Source: Trichoplax adhaerens (Eukaryota; Animalia; Placozoa). From it: 64,000 nt of DNA. Both the position numbers and the translations under genes were made by a program. How positions within the stretch are numbered: the stretch's first letter is position 1; each line of letters starts with the position of its first letter. The stretch lies in the NCBI RefSeq assembly GCF_000150275.1, contig NW_002060945.1, positions 1,430,199 to 1,494,198 on the forward strand. The letters are read 5' to 3'. Below are positions 36,055 through 49,200 of this stretch, piece after piece. The notes below the pieces were generated by a model. That model searched no databases, was not told the DNA's origin, and was given only the letters and a program-made list of their open reading frames with translations.

Positions 36055-36670
36055 ATGTACAGTACATACAGTACAGTACATCATACATTGTACTGTATAC
36101 AGTGTACTGTACAGTACAGTACAGTAGAGCTACTGTTACTACAGTGTACAGTACTGTACAGTAGGGAGCGTTGATAAAGTACTGTACTGTACTGTACTGT
36201 AGCCCGAGTAGGATACTTTTCACTGTAGTCGAGCTAGTGTACTGTACTGTACTGTATTTCCTACAGTATTGCTTGACGATGCAATCTACAGTATAGTACC
36301 GTACTGTACTGTAGAGTTGGGGACCACAAGCAGAGTTGAATGTATTGTACAGTGTACACTGTACAGTACTGTAGCCATGGCGTCATCATTGTACTGTACA
36401 GTATCGTATCATGGTGCGTAGTTTGCCCACTTTTGCGCAATGTAAGAAATACGCAGGTGCATTCCGTATTTTACACGCTTTGAGGGAATGAAGCAATTAC
36501 GCAGGCGCATTCCGCCGGAAGCTGAACTGCGCATCCGCGTTCCGTTCCATTCCGTAGTTTACTCGGTAGTGTCCAGCACAGTACTGTAGCCAAGGTAGGA
36601 TACTTTTCACTGTAGTCGACAGGACTTCACCCACGCTCCCTACAGTACAGTATACGGTACACGGTAGACT
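36055..36670. repeat. TACAG/CTGTA pentamer-rich foldback region with a 20-bp inverted repeat (possible MITE relic)
   Basis: Runs of (GTACA)n and (TGTAC)n in both orientations. TACTGTACAGTAGGGAGCGT (36152-36171) matches the reverse complement of ACGCTCCCTACAGTACAGTA (36633-36652) at 19/20. Direct repeat GTAGGATACTTTTCACTGTAGTCGA at ~36208 and ~36595. Confidence 0.7.
36430..36570. promoter_or_regulatory. Putative bidirectional housekeeping promoter between head-to-head CTNS (-) and PTPN9 (+)
   Basis: Locally GC/CpG-rich. NRF1-like TACGCAGGTGCA (36450-36461), TACGCAGGCGCA (36498-36509) and TGCGCATCCGCG (36528-36539); ETS/GABP-like CCGGAAG (36515-36521). Confidence 0.45.
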
Positions 36671-38369
36671 GTAGGAACAGGACGATAGGCTACTGTTACG
36701 TCCATTACCGCTAGCCGGTAGAGGAATCGCTTTGGCCTAGCCAAAGCTAGGCGGCGGATGATTGTAGCCATGGTTATTGCTAGTCAAGTCCATTGGACGT
36801 GGTAGAATCCAGTTGGAATCAAGGGAAAGTAATCCATCCGATATCCACGGTTCAATGATGACAACGACAGAAGATTAATCGCTGGTAGTATATTGCAATC
36901 ACGTTGACAACGAGTAGAGTGTTGTCAGATAGACTTTGGATGTATTTTGCCTTGTTGGCTCGACACTCGGTCAAGATTCTTCACTGAATTGGCAGACGAG
37001 TAGAATAGCAAATCCTGACTCATCAACATCTTGGTTTTACGCGCTAGGGCGTCTATTCCTGTAAGTTGTCATTAGGAGAAGGAAATGAATTTCTTTCTAT
37101 GGTCCATTGGTAGTTTTTTTTTCCCCTCATTATTTCACCATGTTATCCATCGTTTCATCATATGGATGTTAGCAAAGCCAGTTTTGGATGTGCTTGATAC
37201 AGTGGATCATATTATTTCATTGTAGAGTTGAGACTTACTTCCTTGTAAGTGGTGAATGCAACGCCATGGCTATGGCAGCCTGTGAAAACAATCATCAACC
37301 CAAGGTAAAATGGACTCTTGTTGTCCACCAATTGGTCCACATACACTTGACTATTCAATCACTTCCTAATACATTGATGAAGAGTAGAAAAGCACCCAAA
37401 GGAGTAGCATTTAATAACCTTGTCTTGAGCAGAAATGATCGGACTCTGGACTGTCTGTAGTACTGTCTATCCTTTCTCTCTTGCAACATGATACCGTAGT
37501 CAATTCACTTACAAAGGGGTGCATATCCAACAATATCGCTTACGACAACACCTGCTACTTTCAAAAATCACTTTACTCTCATCGACTAGCATCCACTTCA
37601 TCCTTCAAATAAAGCATAATCATTTCCAATTTCCTCTACTTTGACGGCCAATCATGGTGAACCTTCCATAGACATTGTTGTGCAGGCAAAAGTCGCAATG
37701 GCCATGGTCAAGCGATCACGACCATGATGGCATGATACAAAGTGAAAATAACTGTTTGAACATGGATCAAGGGGAATTTAAATAACAAGTTCATCTAGTC
37801 TCAGTGTGTGCTGATATTCTCTTCTTTTTTACAGGGGGCTATCAATCGACTATCCTATGTATCAAAAGATGAGTACAGTCATTTTGGGGCCATTCCCAAT
37901 CATGTCAAAATCCAACGACATCATCTCATCATGATCCAATCAACGATATTGGATCACCAACTTTCATCGTACTTTATCCTGACACAATTTTACTTGCACA
38001 AGCTTGACTACAGATCAAAATATTGCAATCGAGATTGATTGGAGATAGTATACCAATCGCTAATTTTATTACTTTTACCCTGTCTAATGACGATATCCAT
38101 CTATCCAATCTCAATCTCAACAAGAGAACAAGATACTGCTTGAAATTGCACTTTGAACGCCAAGTGATGACTGTACACTAAGCATTCCACAATATCCTAG
38201 CAGATAAAGAATAGTGTCCTTCTAAAATGTGCATAGTTTTGTTGCCACTTATTTTTCCAACACCTTCTACAAAGTCCAGTAACATCAACCACACTAACTG
38301 GCCAACTAAAAATGGTCAAGTGAACAAGTTTTTCTTTTACAAAACACTTGAGATAACGTGACTAATTTT

Positions 38370-38800
38370 GCTAGCCATCCACTTGATAGTAATTACAGTA
38401 GAAAAAGCATGTTAACTGTATTTTCATACTTTCAACTTGATCATTACTTCATAGTCGACTCTAGTCGAAAAATCGTTATTTTCAAAGATACAGAGCTCGT
38501 AATTCATCCATTTGATAGCAATTGTAGCCAGAAAGCATATTAGAACGGTACTGTCATACTTTCAACTTAATCATGACTTGGATACAACAGTTGAAAGAGG
38601 AGGATTCCTTCAAAATTTCAATATTTGGACCATTTTTGATTTGCTTTCTTTTTCATCCTGCAATCGAATATGTATACAATATTTTGATGCAGCATTACCA
38701 ACGCTATTCAGCTGTATACAGTTGCAAAAGGATTCCTTCCAATTTTCAATAGTTTAACCATTTTGGGTTTACTTTCTTTTTCACTCTGCAATCTACATTG
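38370..38800. repeat. Two adjacent short local duplications
   Basis: CATCCA(C/T)TTGATAG..TCATACTTTCAACTT at ~38376 and ~38505; GGATTCCTTC.AA.TTTCAATA..TTTCTTTTTCA..CTGCAATC at ~38601 and ~38730. Confidence 0.7.
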
Positions 38801-40305
38801 TAGAAAGTATTCGAGACGTTATTGAGCTACTATCATTGCAATCACAGTCGTAATCGTTATTTTGAAAGATACTTCGAGCACACCTAGTACCCCTAAAAAG
38901 ACAAAAAATTGCAAGATTTAAACATTCCTACCATGTATCTTTACATACTTTGAACGATCATGATCGACAATGCTAGTGAACTATTTTTTGGCTATCGTAA
39001 CAATCTTGTGTTGCAAAGATAATCTCGCTATCGTATTGATGGATGATTTCAACAAACGATTATCAAGAGTAACATCTGAAAATCCAATGTAATCTGTCCA
39101 AAATGGATGAAAAGTTGACTACTAGCTACTTTGACGTTTGCTTGAATTGCGTCCAATGGAAAAAATACATTTTATTGATTTGTCAATTCTATACTTGGGT
39201 GATGAAGTGATAGGTAGATTATGCCGTAGCTATCCCCTGTAGAGTGGCTATTATTTGCAAGCTCAACTTAATTGTAGGTGATAAATTAGGTAGCACTTGT
39301 CCACTGTAATCATTTGGCCAACACCTACAGTATCAGAAAATCGTAATTTGAATTGTCATTTTGATTTTTGCCTGCAGGCACTTTTAGTCCACGTACGTGT
39401 GATTGAGATATCCTGTGATCACATCAAGTTAGGCCAGCACAACTAGTAAGATAATCAGAAGCAAGCAGCCTATTTACTGTCGATTTGGTTCAGTCGACGA
39501 TAGTGAATTATTTATTTTCATAATGTGATCTCATGAATGTTTTTATTTCGATCATAACTGTAATTTTCAATATGTGGTAGTTGCTTTTACATGCGTCTTT
39601 TGACGACATTGCCTAGGGCATAGGGCGTACTACCTTCAATGAAATGGCATCTACCGTGAAGCTAAAATCTCCATTGTAAATTTGTTCATCTCGTGATTAT
39701 AAAACCCTCTACATTGCATACCATGATAGTGGATGAAAAAAGCAAAACTGTAACGATGTTGAAAAATGATAAAATCATTCGTATTATCCAGTGATTCTGT
39801 AGTGTCGATTATAGTAATGAATTATTCTCACGATAATAATAAAATCAGACATGGATCATGATGATTGTACATCACACACGATATTCGTCCTTAACTAGGG
39901 TTAAAGCATTCCTGTCATCGTTAATACCTACTAGTAGTATTCAATTCCATTACGTGGCTACTCCTTTAACTAGAAGTAATGGAATCAAAAATTTCAACAT
40001 ATTCACCTTCGATCATCGTTATGATTCATAAATCATTAAATCATTTCAACTATTCATCATCTGTATAATTTCCTGTAGAATGATCAATAACGAAGACACA
40101 GTATCGTTATACACCAGCCTCTTTAGATTATTTCAAAGTTAGAGTAATTACAAACTGAATGAAAAATTGACGTATAATGATTCTTTCATATTGAAATTGT
40201 ACTAACAGCTGGGTTATATAGTAAAATAGCGTTGTTACAGTATAACCTTGTAAACAAATCAAATTTAAGGTTATAACTAAGAAATTGACTCAATCAATTT
40301 GCAGA

Positions 40306-43300
40306 ATGGTACTTGATTATATCGCTACAACGGTTCTCCTTATTATATCCAAGTCATTATTGAATATCTCTTCTTTCGCTTAATTTTAGGGGACTGACAG
40401 TAGCGCTAGTTCGGAATCGGAGGAAGTACGCCAGGAGGTAGCGTAGTTTTAAGAGACTAATCTATCTATGTGTCTTACCAGTTATTTTATGCTCAGGTGA
40501 TAAAAATACAAACACCATATTAGCTCTATGTATATCGCTGACATAATTCATGAAATGATGTCATGAAAGAAATTAGATTTCCCAATAGTATTGTTATAGA
40601 TTGTATTATTAAAAATTTTCCCACTCAATTACTTTTATTAATATCGACATTTTAAAGCAGTACTACATCTACTTTATACGGTATTCCCCAATTTTTCAAC
40701 TGATTTTTTCACGTTAACTTTTCAAATTAGTCGCGATGCCTATTCTCTTATACTCCATACTGAATATAAGGCTATCAATTTGGTCGTCATGATGTAACCG
40801 TTAACTGTGTCTTTCTTCATAGTGACAGACTATATTACTCTCTTGCAATAGAGATTGATACATCGCTGTAGTATGGGAAAAAAGTTTCAAACCTAAATGA
40901 TGTTACTCGGCTGATATCTTATATGCCTCTAATTCTATTCCTAACCAATACCCTATTAATCAGAAACTTTATTTATAATCATTGTTATATGTATAATGAA
41001 TTAGTTGGTGAAACCATATTTCTGAAATGACTCATTTGCAATAGATACACCTATTCCAAAATACTATTTTAATACAATGTATATGCTTTTATAAATTTAA
41101 TAGCAATAGTACTGTTCATATCCGGCTAGAAAATTTATTGCTCATACCGTAATTAAGATAGATACGGAAAAGAAATGGAATTATACGTCTTAGTTGTAAT
41201 GCTTCAAGTTCACTACAGTATCACAGTAGGCAAGATATTACAGAATATCATGCCAGTGACACAATCGAAATCTACTACTGTTGCACTAAAATTGAATGGA
41301 TACTGGCTGAGATTTTAGAAAGTAGAGGATAAATCAGCATAGTCCATGATAATGGATATGAAGAAAAAAAATGACGTAATCATACTGGATGTATTAATAT
41401 TATTGCTCATTTTTCATCTTTAAGTTAACAGTAAATAATTCAACCACTGTAGGCAACAAGAATGAATTCGACTAATTTATTAATCCTTTAGTAATACCCC
41501 TATTTTTAGTTACTGCTATACAACGCTTGGATAGATTTGAGAGTAGGCGTTAATTAATGATTCTATACTCTGGAATAACAAACAATTCGTTTGTTTGACA
41601 TAAACTTTTTTCCTATAACAAGTTCTAATTTGGAGGCACTGTTTATTTGTAGTTCAAAAAGAAAATTATTTACGTTGACATATAATGCATTACACGTAGA
41701 CATGATCTCAGTCGACAATTTTTATATAAGACTAATCTCCTTATCTTTCTATTGATTATAATCTGATAATGTTTTGAACAAATAAGTATACAAACAGATT
41801 CCAATTCTTTACGGTAAAGTATAAGTAACAAGTTGCAACTATTGTCTAGATTACTTACACATATTGAAAAAAAAATATATGTTATTATCCTTTACCGATC
41901 AAATTATATTTTATACCATCATATAAAAAATGTTAGGTATACCGATTTTATTTACTGTAAGTTATAGTACTCACAAAAATAGACCTGAAATACTTTTTGT
42001 TTGCTTATAGCAATATTTATCTCGTAAATATAGACCTATCGAATTTTTTTTATTTGTTAGTTTCGTCGCATTCTGTTCAGTACGTTATACAATGTTACAT
42101 CCGTTGAACGATAAAGAGTATCTAGGCTATTTTCTTTTATTGAACTAGATTATTTTACGATAATCCCATTACAGATTTCGCTGTATCACTTATCGTATTC
42201 AACATTAAACTATCCATCTCGTAATGATATTATCCGCTAATAGTAACCATTTTTATCATGCAATTTTTGATATTTATTTAGTTTGTAGGTTATAATCTTT
42301 CGGATGAGTTAGTAATACACCTCTTTTAATAACAACATTGTTAGAACTAATTTAATATTACTGTATACGAGTATTTTTTTTTAGTTTGGTAAATCACGCC
42401 ATTAATTGTCTTTTTCTGCATATAATGCAGTTGATTCAACAATTTCTAGAGGATATTCAAACATTGCAAGAGATGGATGATAATTTTACCAATATCAACA
42501 CACAAACTGCAGAAATATTTGTAGCTGCTCGAAAAAATGACATAAAGCGAGCTAAGACACTGTTTCAACAACATTTGGTAAATGCTCTTGTTTATCCCTT
42601 GAATTGATATTTCGTTACTACAAGATCGTATTGATATTAAAACAGTAGCTATTGTGTATAGATGGATTGGCATAAAAAATTAATCTCTAGTGGTATAACT
42701 TTGATCTTTCAACCGAGTTACAATCTTAATTTAACTGTATACAAATAGAGAAAGAGAATTATGTTAATAGGATTAGTATTAACTTTCTATATTCTGATAT
42801 CAAGATGAAATTGAAGCAATGTCCATTTTGTCGTGCTTCGATTAAGTGCTGTAAATTGTTGTTCCTGATAGCAATGACGTAGTTATATGTTTCAATATTA
42901 GTATCTGTATCCTACTTTTTAATGTACATTGGTAATTATATTTTCTTTTCTTATAGACGTATATAGAACTGTAGTAGTCTTTAGTTAGCTCTTGTACTAT
43001 CTATCTAAAGATTGTAGTCCTGATTTTGAACTTAGATATAAGAAATAGATGTCAACTACTATATCATTTTAGGTGCCATTGATAGTAGTGAACATTTTTA
43101 TTGTCAGTATATTCTAGTTACACAATATAAAATTTATAAGGATGATTCACACAGTTGGAATGATAATGTCATACCTATCGACACTTAATATTTTATAATT
43201 GCTCATCCTTAGGACTTTCGAAAAAAGTATAACTTATGCAGGATTAATCCTAATGATAAAGATTTACAGGATGAATTGAGAAGTCGTCGATTTTATATCA

Positions 43301-46209
43301 CTGTAAGTATCAACAAGACGATTAATACACTACTACCAAAATTACAATTTTAAACATTTATAGCATCAATGTAAACTGATATCTTAGAAGTAACTCTGTC
43401 TATTGAAGGGATTAGTCTTCCTGCCTTGTACCGCATTTCATATTATGTTACAATATATTGTGTCGGTGTCCAAAATTTCATTCAAGAAATCAAATTTATT
43501 ACTGACAATAAAAAATTATGCTAATATATTCTACCAATATTATCTTTATTTTACTTACTACTTAGCGTTTGGGCGATAAAGATCATGCTTCCGTTCTTCT
43601 ACTAACGGCACATCGTTATAAGAAGGAAGAGAACTCTATTCAGACTTTTTTGAAATCAATGATATTTCAATTGGATCAAATTCTAAAAGAGTACGGCATA
43701 TAATTTTTTGTGTGGTCTGCACAGTTTACGCTTGTATATTGTCCTTGTATTGTATTACTATTTTTGCAGCCTTATATAAAAATGATGTGAAGTAAAAAGT
43801 AGGCTGTATATCATTTAAGATATGTTATTGCAATATTAATTCTTGTAGTCCCCGAACAAGACAATCTGGTGTAATATTATTAATTGACTTGACCACTGTT
43901 GGAATAACATCTGGTGAAAAAGATTTTGTCCGCACTATCTTAAAAGTTATACAGGTATATTTTCCAATAGTTATTCTCAATTTTAGTACTTGAATTAAAT
44001 GTGGCACTTTTATTTAATCTCTTTTTATTTTGCTGACTTTCTATTGTGTTGGTACAGAGTATATAGGACTAAACCATACAAGTTTAAACTGTAATCGTTT
44101 CTACTTGGCTTTTAGGGAAACTATCCGATATCTGTGAAGAAAATATTAGCTATCAATTGTAGTCTGATTTTGAGATATGCAGCAAAATTTTATTTTGAAA
44201 TACTTAATCGGAAATTAAGAGATAGAGTAAGTTTTGCAGCAATTTCTATTTCCGATTTATCAATTGAAATAATTCGAGCTTACTGCACTTTTTTAGGTGG
44301 TATTCGTAGATAATAGTAGTTTGAAGAAGTTCGTACCTGAAGATGCTTTACCTAATGAATTAGGCGGAAATTCCAAATTTTGTTATAATATTTGGTTAAA
44401 CAAGCTAACAAATAGTTGCCATATTTACGATGTCCAGAAGGGATTTTATTACACGCGTACATCAGAATTGAAAAGACAAAAATCAACTGGACAAGCAGCT
44501 CTAAATTTTCAAGATCTTAAAGATCGTACCAATGACAGGGATCAACTACTAGAGGAGTATCAAGAGATTAGCAAAAAATCACGATGGGATGAAGAATCAA
44601 AAGGAACTAATTTTGAATCATCTTTGTAAGCTTGAAAATAAAATTTACTAAATTTGATGTCAATATAATATCAACATTTGAGATCATGTGTGTTTGCTAA
44701 TGGAATTCCTATCTTTGTATGCAATTTATTTATTTTACTTAGAAAACCTTGTAACAGAAAGAAAAATAGATACCAGAATATCCTTTGCCTAGAAAGTAGT
44801 CGTGTGCGTTTACCTAAAGATATTGGAGATGACAACAGCAATGAGGTAGGGTGTAATAGTTTAGTTACGTCTTGATCTTGTAGTTTTTTTTCAATTATAA
44901 AACCAGTGAAGCTCACAATGTTTAGAAATACTAATTAAGATTATAAAAAATTACGCCAGCTGTTCAATCGATTAATATGTATTGAAATTATTTTTTCAGG
45001 ATTGTTCTTATATACATGCGAATTATGTCAATGGATATAGCAATGGTAACGCATATATTGCAACTCAAGGTAAAATAATGCATGGATACAGGGTCCTTTA
45101 AATGTAAATTTCCTTCATTCTATTTTTATGGGATTGTAGCGAAAGGTTTATTTTTTTGTATTATTGTGATTGTGTTGTTTTGCTATCCAAGTACTATATT
45201 TGATTAAGGATTGGAGCATTTTTCGGTGTTACTGTGTGTTAATTGCTGTAAAGGTTATGAAATTAATTTTACTAAAGATGGCTAGCACCTAAACTAATGT
45301 ACTTACTGACCCACTGTATGTATATCGTGTATGTATCTTAGGACCTCTGCCAGATACAATGACAGATTTTTGGAAAATGATTTGGGCTGAAAAAGTTAAT
45401 ATTATCGTCATGTTAGCAAGGTAGAACTCTCGATCTGCGGTTAGATAAGTAATCGATGTATTCTCGACTCATTAAAGTAATCTTTGTTCAATTAGATTAT
45501 ATGAAAATGGCCGCGTTAAATGCTCCCAATACTGGCCTAATGACGGCGAGATTTTGATTTATGGCAAATTAACTGTTGAACACGAATCGACAACTGAAAA
45601 GGAACATTATGTCTTGCATAAACTTAGCATATATTGCGAGGAATCGGAAGGATCGGTATGGTAATAGTTACAGTATTGGTATTGATATCCGTATGTTCTT
45701 ATGAAATGAAAAAGTCATTTATAGATTCTTTTTAGTTCAATCTATTATTGTGCTAAATAAAATAGTAATTTCTTTAATTGATGGGTAATTAATTGTAGCT
45801 CAGTACCCGATGCATTTACCTATTTCGGTTTACGTCTTGGCCTGATTTCGGTATTCCTCCTAGTGCTTCTCCATTATTGAAAATGATCGAAAACATCAAT
45901 CACCTTAATAGAAGTGTAAATTCTTCAGTTGATGATAACACTAACAGTAAAGAGCAGCCTTTACCACCAATTGTTATCCATTGTAGTGCAGGCGTTGGTA
46001 GAACGGGTACCTATGCTACAGTTGATATTTGCTGTCAGCAGTTTGCAAAGACAAGGAAAGTCAATATTATGGAAACTGTTTGTGCGATTCGAAGCCAAAG
46101 AGATGCCATGATACAAACATGGCAACAGTATGAATTTTGCTACAAAGCTGTATTAGAGTTTGCAGAAAAAAATGTATCTCCTACTACCAATTCATTAAGT
46201 GAAGAATAG
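40306..46209 (+). CDS. PTPN9: Non-receptor tyrosine phosphatase with N-terminal Sec14/CRAL-TRIO domain (PTP-MEG2)
   Basis: Approximate exons: 40306-40308 (ATG, tentative), 40390-40437 (tentative), 42431-42577, 43213-43302, 43566-43690, 43849-43954, 44116-44226, 44297-44625, 44743-44845, 45000-45069, 45342-45421, 45494-45655, 45799-46209. CRAL-TRIO motifs: FVAARKNDIKRA, SGVILLIDL, GNYPISVKK, LPNELGG. PTP motifs intact: KNRY, YIHANY, YIATQGPL, DFWKMIW, KCSQYWP, WPDFG, HCSAGVGRTG, QR..MIQTWQQY. Confidence 0.93.
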
Positions 46210-49200
46210 CGTGCGATTGATTGTACATGAAAGGAAGATTTGAGGTAGATTAATTTCATTCAATTTTTAATGTATTTTCTACAGTTGGAGTAGCCTATAA
46301 GAATGGATGATGGCATACATGCTCAATTGAAAAATTTAAAGTTTATTACGCTACAGTAAGTCTATTTATAACGACGATAATTCTACACTACGTCGTATAT
46401 TGCTCAGGCATGAACCTTTGAAATGACAATTGCGCTATCGCACTGTAGATATCTACGACTTTGTACTATAGACTATAATCTGATAATCACATACTAGCAT
46501 AAACCCATTGTGTTAGTAATCCTTTATGAACCAAGCACTTTATAATATTATTCGCTGTAAAAAATTGAATTATGTTGTTACGAAAAACTTGCTACTTTCG
46601 TATCTTGAATTTACCCATGAAATTAAACTGTACAATTGTGCAAGCCAAGCTTTAAAATATTTTTAGCAAACCATATAATAATATGACATTTTTGTTTCAT
46701 TGGAAGTTATTTACTAGTAATTTTATCGGTACAATATTAACAAACCAACTTTATGTATTTTTTTATTAATTTTCAAAGAAATATAACATAATATGATGCC
46801 ATGGACCAATAATAATATTAAGGTTGATTGTAGTAGACAATAGATATTAGTTTGCATGTAGTTGAGGTAACCATAAGTTATTTAAATATACACATAACGA
46901 TGGCATCATATTCTATGCGAATTATTTTGTGAGCAGGATCACGAGGTTAACAATATTAATTTAATTATTGCTGTAATTTTAAGAAATAAAGCTCGACCTG
47001 TATTCAAAGTTTTATTGGTAGGGAGCATATTTACTGATTCCAGATAGCGTCATCAAGGTACACCATACTGTTGGCAAAGTCATAACTAGTGAATAGTGCA
47101 TGGCAGAGTGCAGTATCGGTAATACGAGTAATGTCAAGGTAGGGTTCCATAGTTGTATATGATCATTTGTGTTTACTACCGTGGAAATAAAGCGTAACTA
47201 TAGTGTTTATCAGTTAATACTACCATAGAAGTAGCATGCATAAATAGTTAGTTTGAGCTACAGGCGTACGAGTATATAAATGCCTACGAGCGTTATGCAT
47301 ACATTTTTTCCATGAAGAAGAAAGAGAAGAAGCTGCATGTTATTGTAAAATAGAGCAGTACGCTTCAATAGCTAGTTTGAACTACAGGTATACGAATCTA
47401 GAAATATCTATGAGCGTTGTACTTATTGACTTGGAGAAGAAAGAGGAGAAACTACGTGTAGATTGCTGTCTGCGTATAATTGTTCGATGGAGTGCGTGAT
47501 TTGCTTTAGTTATGGACTGTAAAAAAGTAATATTTGAAAGTTTATCTGTTAAGAACACCTCTGAGCGTACAGTTGTCATGTATACTCGTATGAAGAAGAA
47601 GAGGTGAAACTGTATGTGGATTGCCATCTATTACTGCAAGTTGTAGTTTGAGTTAGTAAGGCAAGTAAAGCTCATTCGCATATGGATTGCTGTTTATTCA
47701 TAATTATGACCACGGCTAGTCTACAAGATCAAGTCTATAACTAGTTACAGTGGATGCCTACAGGGAAAAAAACACAGTGTACATGTACACGCTATTTTAA
47801 GTTGATCTTGCCATGCGTAGAAATTATTCATTTGAACATATGCAGTATGGAATGGAGATTCCTTTTTGCTGCTGTAAGATAGAGTCATGAACTCCTGGAT
47901 GCATGTAAGAATAGTCCATGATCGAGTTGATGAAAAAATGATAGACCTTGATCACTAAGCAGTGAGCAGGCATCGTGGAAAGGAATATTTTAAGTTTGTC
48001 TTATAAGTGGAGCTAATTCATTATTTATTCAATTGATTTGTAATGCATTTTATTTTCATACAAAACATTCCCTTATTCTTAATTTTCCCTTGATCATATT
48101 ATATATATAACATATATATATTATATAATTAGCTCATTGACAGTATATCCCTCCATGATACCTGTGGCCTCTAAATTGAACAGCCACTCGAGCACTCTGC
48201 CGGAGGATTGGTGCAGAACATCCGTCCACCAGCTGTCTGTAACAGGAAAAGTAAAAAAAAGCCCATAGTAATTCTCGCTCTATTAGAGTATTAACAGGCT
48301 TTAGTATAGGTTAGAATGCACTACGCCGTACACTACTTTGCAGTTATTGGCCAGACTACATTGATATCAATCCACCAACAGGGCTGATTCTTGATAGTAA
48401 AATATACAACACTGACTACTGTATAAAACACCATGCTGGACATCCATCATGGTAGCCGAGCAGAGCCAATTCCATGGCAACTGGCCATTTCGACAGTCTA
48501 ACGTCTAGTATCCAGTATAAGCTATCCATCGTTTCCACGCGCTCTTTTACTTGGCAAGTCTAAGCTGCAGTGTGGCGCCTCCAATTTGATGACAAATATC
48601 CAGTTAATCCTTGCCAATTATCGTTGAAGATCTTCCCTACATTACACAGCGATCTTTTCTACCTATTGTATTGAAGATGATTTTTACTTTGGTAAGAAAA
48701 ATTTGCATTGTATGACGATGATCATTTGTATGATGGAATGTTAGCATAGCAAGATGGAGTTCAATGGCAACGTTAGTCAATATGTTGATGAATGACAATT
48801 TGTTGATATTGATCGCTTTAAATTGGATTAATTCTGATAGGGAAGTATAGAAGATTTAGTCTTAGTTAGAGAAATGAGTTTATAGACTCTCCTTGATGCT
48901 GTCACTTGTGGTAATAAGATCGATTAGTTGTAGGCCGTTAGTCATTTTCAATTGGACCAATACTGTATGATCAGTAGTGATGATGATACAATGCAAAATC
49001 TGTTCATGTCCTAGTTACATTGGCTTAGTTTTAACAAGGAGATGTAGGATATTGGTTGGCAAATGAATTTATAAGCTCTCTTGTATTGTGATGTGTTAGG
49101 AATGAGTATGAGTCTTGTTGATTTTCACTTGGTAATCCAAACAACGGTGATGATGATGTACACAGACTGACTATAGGATCATCAATAATACCTTAAGATT

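Noticed and set aside
36020-36223. 67-aa Tyr/Cys/Thr/Val-rich ORF
   Set aside because: Translation of the TACAG/CTGTA low-complexity tract
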